A stretch of 64,000 bases of DNA, taken from positions 1 to 64,000 of the forward strand of contig CAVTCR010000058.1 in NCBI GenBank assembly GCA_963733195.1. Direction: 5' to 3'. Shown here piece by piece: positions 18,495 through 29,675 of this stretch. Position numbers and translations under genes: made by a program. Origin of the DNA: an uncultured delta proteobacterium (GTDB taxonomy: Bacteria; Desulfobacterota; Binatia; Bin18). Position 1 is the stretch's first letter; every line of letters begins with the position of its first letter. A model generated the notes under the pieces. The model had not been told where the DNA came from, made no database searches, and saw nothing but the letters and a program-made list of their open reading frames with translations.

Positions 18495-21400
18495 TTATCC
18501 TTCTCGTTGCACGCCAAGAGTGATCTTCATTCCCTCGATATCAACCGCCTCGACGCGATCACCCTGTGGTTGCATTGGTTGTACCGATCGGGCCAGGGTT
18601 TCTTGCTGAATGTATAACTGATGCTGCCCGATAGCTGACGCAAGCGCAGAATCGGTAGCATAAGTGACACGAATCCGATCTTCTACTTGATACCCGGCAT
18701 CTTTGCGCATCTGTTGAATAAGATGGACGACCTCGCGAGCCAACCCTTCAGCGATCAATTCTTCAGTAAGTAGACTTGATAGTTCGATGGAGATGAAACG
18801 ATCCGAACGGACGTCAGGCGCACCATCGCGAGCCTGACGTAGGATCTGGATCTCATTGGGTTGAAATGATTCCCCATCAAGAGTAATCGGATTCCCGCCT
18901 TCGATAGTAAGCATCTGCTCAAGGGAAAGATTGGCAATTTTCTTTCCGACCGCGCCGAAATTCTTGCCAAAGCGCGGTCCCAACAACTGCGGGTTGGGTT
19001 TTGCGTTCAGTACGACTTTTTCTTCTTCTGCTGTACTATACATAATCTCTTTCACATTGAGTTCTTCGCGGATGTAGGTTTCCAGCGGCTTTAACTCGTC
19101 CAACACCCATTGTTGACGGTGCAGAATCGTCAGTTGTGGCAGCGGCATACGTACCTTCACTTTGCGTTCGTTACGCAAGCTCCGGCCAAGTAAGACCACG
19201 CGTTGCATCCGAGTTACGCCATCTTCAAGTGCCAAATCGACTAACCCTTCATCGTAAGTAGGGAAAGACTCAAGATGCACACTGTCTGAGACTACCCCGT
19301 CCTGTAGCGTGACAAGGTTACGATAGATGGTATCAGCCAAGAATGGCGTAAATGGCGCCATCAATTTGGCAAAGCCAACCAGCACCTCGTACAGCGTGCG
19401 ATAGGCGTAGAATTTGTCGGCATCTTCACCTTCGCTCCAGAAGCGACGACGGTTGAAACGGATGTACCAGTTCGTCAACTCATCGAGAAAATCAACGAGT
19501 GCAGGAACAACATTATAGAGTCGATACGCTTCCATCTCGACGCTGGTGCGATGAATTAACGTTTGCTGGCGCGACAAAATCCAACGATCAAGAATATTGG
19601 GCGAGAGGCCAGGCGGGGTCAGTGTCGGTTTCCACTGATCGACCAGGGCGTAGGTGACAAAAAACTTGTACGCATTCCACCATGGCAAGAGCAGACGACG
19701 CACGGTGTCGCGCACTCCTTGTTCGCTGAAACGTAATTCTTCGGCACGCACCAGTGGTGAGTTGATCAGATAAAGCCTCAGCGCGTCAGCACCATGCTCG
19801 GCTAGAATTTCTTCCGGCTCAGGATAATTCTTGAGCCGTTTGCTCATCTTCTTGCCGTCTTCGGCGAGCACGAGACCATTCACGACAACGTGATGGAAAG
19901 CCGGTTTGTCGAACAAACCGGACGCCAGCACCATAAGGGTGTAGAACCATCCGCGTGTTTGATCGAGTCCTTCGGCAATAAAATCAGCAGGAAATGAACG
20001 GGAGAAGTCTTCCTTATGCTCGAACGGATAATGGAGTTGCGCGTAGGGCATCGACCCGCTTTCAAACCAACAGTCGAAAACATATGGAACTCGTCGCATA
20101 ACGCCGTTGCCAGAAGGAGCAGGGAAAGTAAGGTCATCGACAAACTCTCGATGCAGATCCGTGACTCGTGTCCCGGTCTGCTGTGCTAACTCCTCGACGC
20201 TGCCCAAGCACATCACTTCTTTACCGTCATTGCTTTGCCAGATCGGGAGTGGGGTACCCCAATAGCGATTGCGGCTGATTGCCCAGTCGCGTGCACCTTC
20301 AAGCCAATTGCCAAATCGACCATCACGCAGATGATCAGGTACCCACTCGGTCAGTTTGTTATTCGCGACGAGGCGATCACGAAACGCCTCCACGCGCACG
20401 AACCAGGTATTGACGGCACGATAGATCAACGGCGTGTCACTCCGCCAGCAAAACGGGTAGCTATGATTGATTGTCGCTTGATGAATGAGGTTCTTGTCTC
20501 GTTTGAGCCGCTCAATGATTTTCGGGTCGGCGTCTTTGACATGCAGCCCAAGAAAGTCGCTGACTGGCGCGGTGAATTTTCCTTCGTCATCGACCGGATT
20601 AACCATTTCAATCCCGGCTTTTTGACATGCATAAAAGTCTTCTTCACCGAACGCCGGTGCGATGTGAACAATGCCAGTACCGTCTTCGGTGGTAACATAG
20701 TCGGCAGGAAGGACACGAAAGGCTCCGGCTTCTTTCCGTTCAGCAAAATATGGGAAGAGCGGAGCAAAGCGGCGTCCGACGAGATCAGTCCCTTTGTAGC
20801 GTGCTTCGACGGTGTACGTTTCGGATTTCGGGAAGTACGCTTTTACTCGCGCTTCAGCGAGAATATAGCGAGTGCCATCAGCGTGATCGCGCACTTTGAC
20901 GTAGTCAATCGTTGGGCCGACCGCGAGCGCGAGGTTACTTGGTAAGGTCCAGGGGGTGGTTGTCCAGGCGGTAAAGAACGTGTTTTCTTCACCGTCAGCA
21001 GCAAAGCGAACGGTGATTGCCGGGTCCTGAACGTCTTTGTAGTTCAGGTTGGCCTCGAAGTTCGACAATACCGTGCCAAGACGGGTGGAGAAAGGCAACA
21101 CTTTGTGACCTTCATACACGAGGCCCCGATCCCACAACTGTTTGAAGGCCCACCACACGGTTTCCATGAACGAGAGGTCCATGGTCCGGTAGTCGTTGCG
21201 AAAATCCACCCAGCGACCCATGCGGCGAACCGTCTTTTCCCATTCCTGTGTATATCGCAATACGATCTTGCGACATTCCGCGTTAAAACGGGCGACTCCG
21301 AAACGCTCGATTTCGCTCTTGCCATTCAATCCGAGCGCTTGTTCGATTTCCATTTCGACCGGGAGGCCATGGCAGTCCCAGCCAAAGCGGCGTTCAACGT

Positions 21401-21629
21401 ACCGGCCCCGCATCGTCCAGAATCGCGGGATGATGTCTTTAATTGTCCCGGCTAAGAGATGTCCATAATGTGGTAGGCCGGTAGCGAAAGGAGGGCCATC
21501 GTAAAAAATAAACGGTGGCAGGTTGCGGGTTTTCTCTAGGCTTTTCGCGAAAATATCCTTCTCGTCCCATAATTTAAGGACGGCTAATTCCACTTCAGCG
21601 AGCTTAACGTTTTCTGCCACCGGTTCCAT
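18495..21629 (-). CDS. ileS: Isoleucine-tRNA ligase (type 2, eukaryote/archaea-like)
   Basis: FYDGPPFATGLPHYGH, GWDCHGLP, WTTTPWTLPSN, DWAISRNRYWG, AEGLDQTRGWF and KMSKR. Confidence 0.97.
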   Translation of the reverse strand: MEPVAENVKLAEVELAVLKLWDEKDIFAKSLEKTRNLPPFIFYDGPPFATGLPHYGHLLAGTIKDIIPRFWTMRGRYVERRFGWDCHGLPVEMEIEQALGLNGKSEIERFGVARFNAECRKIVLRYTQEWEKTVRRMGRWVDFRNDYRTMDLSFMETVWWAFKQLWDRGLVYEGHKVLPFSTRLGTVLSNFEANLNYKDVQDPAITVRFAADGEENTFFTAWTTTPWTLPSNLALAVGPTIDYVKVRDHADGTRYILAEARVKAYFPKSETYTVEARYKGTDLVGRRFAPLFPYFAERKEAGAFRVLPADYVTTEDGTGIVHIAPAFGEEDFYACQKAGIEMVNPVDDEGKFTAPVSDFLGLHVKDADPKIIERLKRDKNLIHQATINHSYPFCWRSDTPLIYRAVNTWFVRVEAFRDRLVANNKLTEWVPDHLRDGRFGNWLEGARDWAISRNRYWGTPLPIWQSNDGKEVMCLGSVEELAQQTGTRVTDLHREFVDDLTFPAPSGNGVMRRVPYVFDCWFESGSMPYAQLHYPFEHKEDFSRSFPADFIAEGLDQTRGWFYTLMVLASGLFDKPAFHHVVVNGLVLAEDGKKMSKRLKNYPEPEEILAEHGADALRLYLINSPLVRAEELRFSEQGVRDTVRRLLLPWWNAYKFFVTYALVDQWKPTLTPPGLSPNILDRWILSRQQTLIHRTSVEMEAYRLYNVVPALVDFLDELTNWYIRFNRRRFWSEGEDADKFYAYRTLYEVLVGFAKLMAPFTPFLADTIYRNLVTLQDGVVSDSVHLESFPTYDEGLVDLALEDGVTRMQRVVLLGRSLRNERKVKVRMPLPQLTILHRQQWVLDELKPLETYIREELNVKEIMYSTAEEEKVVLNAKPNPQLLGPRFGKNFGAVGKKIANLSLEQMLTIEGGNPITLDGESFQPNEIQILRQARDGAPDVRSDRFISIELSSLLTEELIAEGLAREVVHLIQQMRKDAGYQVEDRIRVTYATDSALASAIGQHQLYIQQETLARSVQPMQPQGDRVEAVDIEGMKITLGVQREG

Positions 21630-21743
21630 GTTGTTGTTATCCCTACAATGAATTTTCGCTGCAAAAGAGACACATAGGCTATAGACTGAGTCCGACTTTG
21701 GCTAGTGGGCAAACTGTTCGACAAATTTGGTCGGTCCGAGGAT

Positions 21744-21773
21744 TTGACAGCAAAGAAGAAGACGCCGCATAAT
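21744..21773 (+). promoter_or_regulatory. Sigma70-type promoter of cyclase 1
   Basis: TTGACA-N18-CATAAT, ending 7 nt before GTG 21781; no SD. Confidence 0.6.
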
Positions 21774-21780
21774 CGCCGCT

Positions 21781-23711
21781 GTGCCAGAAGAGCAGTCACA
21801 AGTACGGTCGGAGACCCGCAAGCTGGCGGCGATCATGTTCACGGACATCGTCGGCTTTAGTCGCCAGATGGGGACGGACGAAGCCCGCATGCTGCGGTTG
21901 CTGGAAATCCATAATCAGATTATCCAACAAGCAGTGACTGACCATCATGGCCACGTCATCAAAACCATCGGTGATGCCTTTCTCGTGGACTTTCCCTCCG
22001 TCGTCCACGCCGTGCAGTGTGCCCAGCAGATTCAGCGCAGTTGCGGACGCACAACGCCGAGCAAGAGAAAGCCGAACAGATTCACGTGCGCATTGGCATT
22101 CATCTGGGTGACATCGTGCAGCAGGATGGCGATGTGTTCGGTGATGGGGTGAACATCGCCTCGCGGCTGCAGACGTCTAGCCGAGCCGGACACGATCTGC
22201 ATCTCACAGGATGTGTCTATCGAGGAGGTGGCCAAGAAACTGGACCTGGGCACGGTGGTCTCGTTGGGCAAACCGAAGCTCAAGAACATCGCCGAGCGGT
22301 TCCAGGTCTATGCCCTATTACCCGAGCAGCCCACAGGGTTGCGCCAACAACTGCAAGTCCAGCGCCTGAAACTGTCGCATCGTGTTGGCTTTGCTCCACG
22401 AATGGCAATGGTGGCGCTGGCCCTCATTGCTACTACAGCCGTCATCATGCGCTATCTCTCCCTTTCCAACCCTAGCACCCAGTACCTAGCACCCAGCACC
22501 CAGTCCCTCCCCCTGCCCGGACAAACCCTCCATCGTCGTGCTGCCCATTCACCAACATGAGTAACGATCCCGAGCAGGAGTATTTCAGCGATGGCATTAC
22601 CGAAGACATTACGACAGGACCTCTCAAGATTTCCAGTCTCTTTGTCATCGCTCGCAACTCTGCCTTTACCTACAAGGGCAAGGCCGTAAAGGTGCAAGAG
22701 GTGAGCAGAGAGATGGGGGTACGGTATGTGTTGGAAGGCAGCGTTCGTCGAGCCGATAACCAAATCCGCATCACGGCGCAGTTGATTGATGGCCTGACGG
22801 GGAGTCACCTGTGGGCGGAACGCTATGATCGGCCTCTCAAAGACATCTTTGCGATACAGGATGAGATCGTGCAGAAGATTGTAACGACACTAAAACTGCA
22901 ACTAACTCTAATGGAGCAAGGATTCCTGGTGCGTAAACGCACGGACAATCTGGAAGCCTATGACTACTACTTACGCGGGGTAGAGTCTCTTTGGCGTGGA
23001 TGGAGAGAAACGAGGAAAGAGGCGAACATTCAAGCGCGGCAGCTTTTTGAGCACGCTACAGAGCTAGATCCAACGTATGCCGAGGCATACTCCTGGCTGG
23101 GAGGGACCTACTATTTCGACTGGTTCTTCGGGTGGAATCGCACTCCTCAGACTCTGGCACGGGCAGGAGAACTAGCGCAACAAGCCATGGCCTTGGACGA
23201 CACCTTTCCTACTCCTTACGCTTTATTGGGTATCCTCCACCTGTGGAAGAAGGAACATGACCAAGCCATCGCTGAGGCGCAGCGAGCTGTCACACTCGAT
23301 CCCAACAATGCTGAAGGGTATTTCAATCTGGGGAGCATCTTGGCCTTTGCTGAGCGGGCCGAGGAGGCGATCGAGTTGATTGAGAAAGCCATGCGCCTCA
23401 ATCCCCGCTATCCACCTACTTACGTATTCCAATTAAGTGTTGCCTATCGTATGGCGGGACGCTATGAGGAGGCCTTAGTATCGGGAAAACAAGCCCTCGC
23501 CTTCATGCCCAACTCTGGCCCCACCCATTTTAATCTGGCGGTCATCTATAGTGAGTTAGACCGAGCAGCAGAGGCCCAAACTGAGGTAGCAGAAATGCGA
23601 CGGCGTTTTCCTAATGCTTCTGTCGAGAATTTCAGACAGTTTCTTCCCTTCAAAAATCCAGCAGACGTAGAACGTCATCTTGCTGCCCTGCGCAAGGCGG
23701 GGCTCAAATGA
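21781..23711 (+). CDS. Class III adenylate cyclase - TM - TolB-like N domain - TPR protein, copy 1 (frameshifted)
   Basis: LAAIMFTDIVGFS, KTIGDAF, RIGIHLGD and DVFGDGVNIASRL; LPFTNMSNDPEQEYFSDGITEDI; TPRs ending ALRKAGLK. Spread over 4 frames. Confidence 0.9.
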
Positions 23712-23720
23712 ATTAAGATG

Positions 23721-23776
23721 AATTAAGAATGAAGAATTAAAAATTAAGAATGGGGGAATAGGCTAAAGGCTGAAGG
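23721..23776 (+). repeat. 56-bp direct repeat, copy 1
   Basis: aattaagaatgaagaattaaaaattaagaatgggggaataggctaaaggctgaagg is identical to 26561-26616. Confidence 0.9.
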
Positions 23777-23888
23777 CTCAAGGGAGGGAGGCAATGAAGA
23801 GGCAGGAGAAGCGAAGTGACGGCTTTCAGCTGTCAATCCTACTGTCCTCATGCTAAGGCTAGAGAAAATTCTCGTTTAGGAGGACGGA

Positions 23889-24239
23889 ATGGTGCAAATG
23901 ACCATGCAGGTCTCCGAAGAGCTTGCCCAACGACTACGGCCTCTTGGGACTTGGCTCCCGACCGTCTTGGAACTCAGTCTGGTCGGATGCCGGACCGTAG
24001 CTGCGGCAACGGCGACAGAAGTGATCGAGTTTCTCTCTCGGAATCCGACTCCTCAAGAGGTCCTTGCCTATCACGTGTCTGAACGGGCGCAGATACGCCT
24101 CCAACGCTTATTAGCGCTGAATGCCGCCGGAATGTTGGGGGAAGAAGAACAACTGGAACTCGACGAGGTGCAGCGTATTGAACATCTCCTCATTCTGCTC
24201 AAGGCACAGATCGCGACACAACTGCGTCAGGAGGTGTAA
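23889..24239 (+). CDS. Small helical hypothetical protein, putative partner/antitoxin of the HNH nuclease
   Basis: SD AGGAGG; MVQMTMQVSEELAQRL RHH-like start; stop overlaps the HNH start (TAATG). Confidence 0.75.
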   Translation: MVQMTMQVSEELAQRLRPLGTWLPTVLELSLVGCRTVAAATATEVIEFLSRNPTPQEVLAYHVSERAQIRLQRLLALNAAGMLGEEEQLELDEVQRIEHLLILLKAQIATQLRQEV

Positions 24240-24679
24240 TGGCAGCGGAGGTGTCAGTTGGGTTGCGCCAACTGGTTGCTAACCGGGCCGACTCTCGTTG
24301 TGAGTATTGTTTACTCCCTCAGGCAGTAGCATTGCATCGGCATGAGCCGGATCACATTGTGCCGCGTCAGCATGGGGGTGAAACGCAAGAGAACAACCTT
24401 GCGCTGGCATGCGTGCGCTGCAATCGCTACAAGGGGCCGAATGTCGGCTCGTTTGATCCGTTTACCAACGTCCTTGCTCCCCTGTTCAATCCTCGCACGC
24501 AGGTCTGGGCAGAACACTTCAGGTGGGATGAGGCAACGATCCTCCCTTTGACTCCGGAAGGCCGAGTAACCCTGAGGATTCTCCGGTTGAATGAGGGCGA
24601 CCGGCTCGTTGAACGACAGCGTCTCATAGCAGCTGGGTTGTATTTCTCCCCATCAAGGCACGACGATGACCCAAGCTGA
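24239..24679 (+). CDS. HNH endonuclease
   Basis: RCEYC...DHIVPRQHGG...NLALACVRCNRYKG...LFNPRTQVWAEHF. Confidence 0.92.
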   Translation: MAAEVSVGLRQLVANRADSRCEYCLLPQAVALHRHEPDHIVPRQHGGETQENNLALACVRCNRYKGPNVGSFDPFTNVLAPLFNPRTQVWAEHFRWDEATILPLTPEGRVTLRILRLNEGDRLVERQRLIAAGLYFSPSRHDDDPS

Positions 24680-26561
24680 AACCCGCAAGCTCGCGGCGAT
24701 CATGTTCACCGACATCGTGGGCTTTAGCCGCCAGATGGGCACCGATGAAGCCCGCATGCTGCGGCTGCTGGACGTCCATAACCGGATTATCCAGCAGGCA
24801 GTGGCAGAACATCACGGCACGGTCATCAAAACCGTCGGTGATGCCTTTCTGGTCGACTTTCCCTCGGTCGTACATGCGGTCCAGTGCGCCCAGCAGATTC
24901 AGGCGCAGTTGCAGACGCATAACGCCGAGCACGAGAAAGCCGAGCAGATTCACGTCCGCATCGGCATTCATCTGGGTGACATCGTACAGCGCGATGGCGA
25001 TGTATTCGGCGATGGCGTGAACATCGCCTCACGGCTGCAGACTCTAGCCGAGCCCGACACGATCTGTATTTCACAGAATAGTCTATCGAGGAAGTGGCCA
25101 AGAAACTGGCATTGGGCACGGTGGTCTCCCTGGGCAAGCCCAAGCTCAAGAACATTGCCGAGCGGTTTCCCAGTTTACGCTTTGCTGCCTGAGTCGCCCA
25201 AAGGCGTTACGCCAAACATTGCGGTCCAACATCTCAAATTGTCCCGGCGGATACGCCCGGCGCACTGGCTGAGCGTAGCTGGACTGTTATCATCGCTGGC
25301 GCTCTCCTCACTGTCCGCTACTTTTCTTTTTCTATCCCCGACACCCAACCCTCAACCCCTAGCACCCAGACTTTGCCGCTTGCCCGACAAACCTTCGATA
25401 GCGGTGCTGCCCTTCACCAACCTCAGCAACGACCCCGAACAGGAGTATTTCGGCGATGGCATGACAGTGGACCTTATCACCGACCTTACGAAGCTCTCAG
25501 GCCTGATTGTTACCGCCCGCTGTTCCGCCTTTACCTACAAGGGCAAGGCGGTGAAAGTGCAGGATGTGGGTCGGGAGCTGGGGGTGCAGTACGTGTTAGG
25601 GGGCAGTGTGCGCAAGGTCAGTGACCGGGTATTGATTACAGCCCAGTTGGCCGATGCCGCCACCGGAGGTCAAGTGTGGGCCGAGCGTTATGAGCGACCA
25701 TACGAGACCTCTTTGCGGTGCAAGAGGAAATCCGGCGAGAAATCTTCACCCATCTGGCGCTGAAGCTGACGGATGAAGAGCAAGAGCGGTTCGAGCGCGC
25801 CTCTGCGCCTCACCCAGAGGCCTATGACTATCTGCGGCGCGCGCAGGAGTACTATTATCGCGGCACGCCAGCAGACAACGCCCAGGCGCGGCAACTGGGC
25901 GAGAAAGCCATTGAAGTAGACCCGGCCTATGCGAGGGCATACGCCTTGCTGGCTTCGACGTATTTTGTTGAGTGGGTGAATCAGTGGAGCCACGACCCCC
26001 AGACGATAGAACGAGCCTTTGCCTTGGCGCAACAGACCCTCACGCTCGATGAGTCCTGGCTTGGCGCCCACGAGCTGCTGGCTCTCATCTATCTTTTGCG
26101 GGACAAGCAACCTGAACAGGCCCTAGCTGTGGTCAAGCGGTCCCTCGCCCAAGTGCCGAATTGGTTTGCTGGCTATGTAACCTAGGTGTACTCTTTAACG
26201 CTACAGGGCGGCCAGAGGAAACTATTGGGTTGCAAGAGCAAGCGGTGCGTCTCAGTCCCCGGTCTGACCGCTTCCTCCCGGTCTTAGGTGGTGCTTATCG
26301 CTTGCTGGGGCGGTATGAGGAGGCGCTCACCGCCCTCAAGGGAGCCCTCGCTGTTAATCGCAATCATCTCGGTGCCCACTTGGACTTGGCCGCCACTTAC
26401 AGTGAGCTAGGCCGAGAAGAGGAGGCCCGAGCCGAGGCAGCAGAGGTCCTGCGACTCAGTCCCAATTTCTCTCTGGAAGTTGACGACAGAGGCTTCCCTA
26501 CACAGAGCCAGCGATAACTGAGCGTTTGCTTGCCGCCCTGCGCAAGGCGGGGCTCAAATAA
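24666..26561 (+). CDS. Class III adenylate cyclase - TM - TolB-like N domain - TPR protein, copy 2 (frameshifted)
   Basis: Same cyclase motifs, PDKPSIAVLPFTNLSNDPEQEYFGDG and TPRs; the final frame ends ...AALRKAGLK*. Confidence 0.9.
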
Positions 26562-26616
26562 ATTAAGAATGAAGAATTAAAAATTAAGAATGGGGGAATA
26601 GGCTAAAGGCTGAAGG
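26561..26616 (+). repeat. 56-bp direct repeat, copy 2
   Basis: Identical to 23721-23776. Confidence 0.9.
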
Positions 26617-26765
26617 GGAGGAAATGAATGAGGATAAAGGAAGGAAAGAGCCAGAATATGTTCCCCGGTTTTTCCTTTATCCCTTCTCCTTTATCCTTTC
26701 TCCGTTATTCGGCTCCTTTTCCCTAACCGCTTACGTTTTACGCATTACGTTTTGCACGTTTTGTC

Positions 26766-29514
26766 TTAAGCCTTTCGTTGCTGAGCTTGTTCCAACCGGT
26801 CGCTGAGAATCTTCGAGATATTGAAAAAGATTTCTGTCGCGATACGTGGGTAGCGTCGTTTGAGGCGCTCTAAAAAGCGTTCGTTTACGGCTAACACTTC
26901 GACATCTTGGGTGGCGACAACATCGGCCATGCGTTCATGGTGACGAAGCAATCCCATCTCACCAAAGACATCGCCTCGCTCTAACGAGCCCAGCTTCCGG
27001 GACTGCTCCGAAGAGTGCATGAGGACATCGGCGGTACCATTAATGACCACGTACATTTCATTTCCCAGGTCTCCTTGCCGAATAATTGGTTGCGCCTTGC
27101 GGAAACGATTTCAGTTCGCCCATCAGCGTGACAATCTTGGCCTGGAGCGGACGCAAGCCGGCAAACAACGGAATGGTCTTATGCGGGTCTTGTCCCAGTT
27201 TCACGTAGAGCACATCCCACAGCGTGATGACCGGAGTAGTGGTGAGCAGGGCAGGTAGCAGCGCTAATTCCGCGAGAACCCCAAACGCGACCGTCGTGGC
27301 AGACAGCAGACCAAACTCTTGGATCGGAACAAAGGTCGAAAGTCCAAAGGAGAGGAAGCCGAGAAACACCAGCAGGGAGTAATAGAGCGTCGGTTTCCCT
27401 ACAGTGCAGAGCGAGCGTAAGAGCGCTTCTCGCTGATCCGACGTCCTGCGTGCCTCTGCGCTCAACCGGCTCATGATGTGAATGGTGTCATCGACGGCCA
27501 GACCGAGCACGATCGAGGCAATGGTATTGGTGCCGATGCTGAGCGTGGCACCACTCACTCCCATGAGACCAAAGAACGCGAGAATCGGAAAGATGTTGGG
27601 AATCATGGCAATAATGCCAACGCGAAAAGAGAGAAACATCACCGTCATTATGACGAAGATCACACCGGCAGTGAGTGCCAGGCTCTGAATTTGTCCGGAA
27701 ACCAGGCTGCTTGCCGTGCGCGTATTGAGAATCAGCGTTCCCGTGGGATGCACTTTGATCTCAGGAGGGAAATGCTCTTTGGCAAAGGTGTGGATTTTTT
27801 GTACGGCGTCAGCAATTTCGCGTGGATGCGTGAACGAGGTACGTACCTGAATGTTCGACCGCGAATACCACGGATGGTCAACGACATGGAGATGATCGTG
27901 GGACTGAGAATGAATGATCTGCATCACCCCATCCAGTTTTGCTTGATCCCCCCAAAAACTGGCGGTCACAGTTGGTGCAGGAGGAGGGGTGCCGTCTTCT
28001 GTTGGTGCCGTTTGGATACCTTGATCGACCAGCTCACAGAAATCGACAAACGAAACCGTCTTATCCACGCCTGGTAGAGAGTTAATGTAGAGTTGCAGAT
28101 CCTTGATCCGTTTGAGCGTATCCGCTTTCTTCATGATGTCATTTTCGTTCCCGTCAATCGTGACGTAGAAGGCCATGCTGCCACCTAACGCATGATTAAT
28201 GACATCGGTGGCTTGGCGGACGGGATGACTCGCACGGAAGAGGGACAGAAAATTGGAGCCTACCTGAATCGAGGGAATCGGTAACATCGCAAGCACCGCG
28301 ATCAGCGCGCTTCCGATAATGACCGCGGTGCGGTATCGAATAATAAACTGGGTGAACGTCCGCAGCGCGGCGGTTAATCGCGGAGAATAGGTTTCTTGAT
28401 GACGAGAAGGGAGTGGCATGAGTGCGAGTGCGGCGGGAATCAGAATCGTCGCCAGGAGAAAGGCAATGGTAATGCCAATGGCGGAATAGAGGCCCATCTC
28501 ACGGATACTGACGATGTTGTTGGTGAAGAGCGAGAGAAATCCCAGGACCGTCGTCAACGCTGCCATCAGGACAGGCGTATTCATGCTGCGCAAGGTCTCT
28601 AACAGCACCTCTTCTTTCGAGCGGCCTGGGAGAGCGAGTTCGTAGTACTCAGCAACCACGTGGAGAGAGTAGGCGACCCCAAGGACGAGCAACATCGGCG
28701 GTAATGACAGTGTTCCGAGGCTGAGGCGACTGCCGCCAAGCACCATGAGTCCCAGTGTCCAGGTGACAGTAATAATCACCGCCAGTGCGGGAAGAATGAC
28801 CCCGCGCACGGAGCGGAGGCAGAAGAACAACACCACCAGAATCAAGATCAGTGCTACTGGGAGCAAATACGAGAGATCCTCGACGATGGCGCGGGCGGAG
28901 ACCGCCTTAAAATGTGGTAGCCCCGTATAGTAGATCTGTTCGGGGCCCTGGGCCTGGTCGATAATCGCCTGGATTTTTTCGTCGATGCCGCGACGGACAA
29001 ACTCATTGTCGGTGATACTTTCTAAGAAGAAGATATTGATCGCTGCCGCTCGCCCATCCGCAGCAACCAAGTTCTTATGGTAGATGGGCTGGGTCGCCAC
29101 CTTCTCTTTAATGGTCGCTGCCTCTTCGACCGTGGCCGGGATTGTAGGAACCAGTAACTCCTGTTCTGCTCCGATGACCTTGGCAATAATGTCCGGAGCG
29201 TTGGTAAGACTAAAGGCACTCTTGACCTCAGGAATTTTGCGAAACTCGTCGGTGAGGCGTTGGATCTTCTGGAGGGTTTGCGGCGTGTAGATGTTGTCGG
29301 CGAGGATGCCGATGACCGCGACGTTTTCACTGCCAAACAAGCGAACGACGTCATTGTAATACTGCCGCTCAGGATCATTGTCGGGGAGCAGACTATCAAG
29401 GGAACTGTCGATCTGGATATGGCGAGCGTGGAAAGCGAAGAACACGGTGAGGGCAGCAATGAGAAAGAGAATGAGTCGCGGTCGGTGAATAACCAGCCGA
29501 TAAACAGAATCCAT
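26766..29514 (-). CDS. MMPL/RND-family transporter with C-terminal cyclic-nucleotide-binding domain (frameshift near 27080)
   Basis: Two RND halves ([12 protein letters not shown]; GLAVDDTIH), then IPLFAGL.. and [11 protein letters not shown]...[10 protein letters not shown]...RMADVVA (CAP/cNMP signature). Confidence 0.88.
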
Positions 29515-29559
29515 ATGCCCTCCTTATTTGTTGCACTCCCCGTGCGCGTGCAACCTCAG

Positions 29560-29576
29560 CGCAGGAACTGTGCCAC
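29560..29576 (-). promoter_or_regulatory. Sigma54 -24/-12 promoter for the MMPL gene
   Basis: Minus strand gTGGCACagttcCTGCg has exact GG-N10-GC spacing, about 45 nt before ATG 29514 (SD AAGGAGG). Confidence 0.7.
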
Positions 29577-29675
29577 GAAGATAGCCTTAATAAGGATAGT
29601 TTTCTAATATATTTTCGTGCTTTTCGACCTGATTCCCTCTTGGTCTCTTGTATCAACGTGATATATCACGCTGAT

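Noticed and set aside
21781-26616. Diversity-generating retroelement TR/VR pair
   Set aside because: No reverse transcriptase in the window, and the differences between copies are mostly synonymous rather than adenine-specific.
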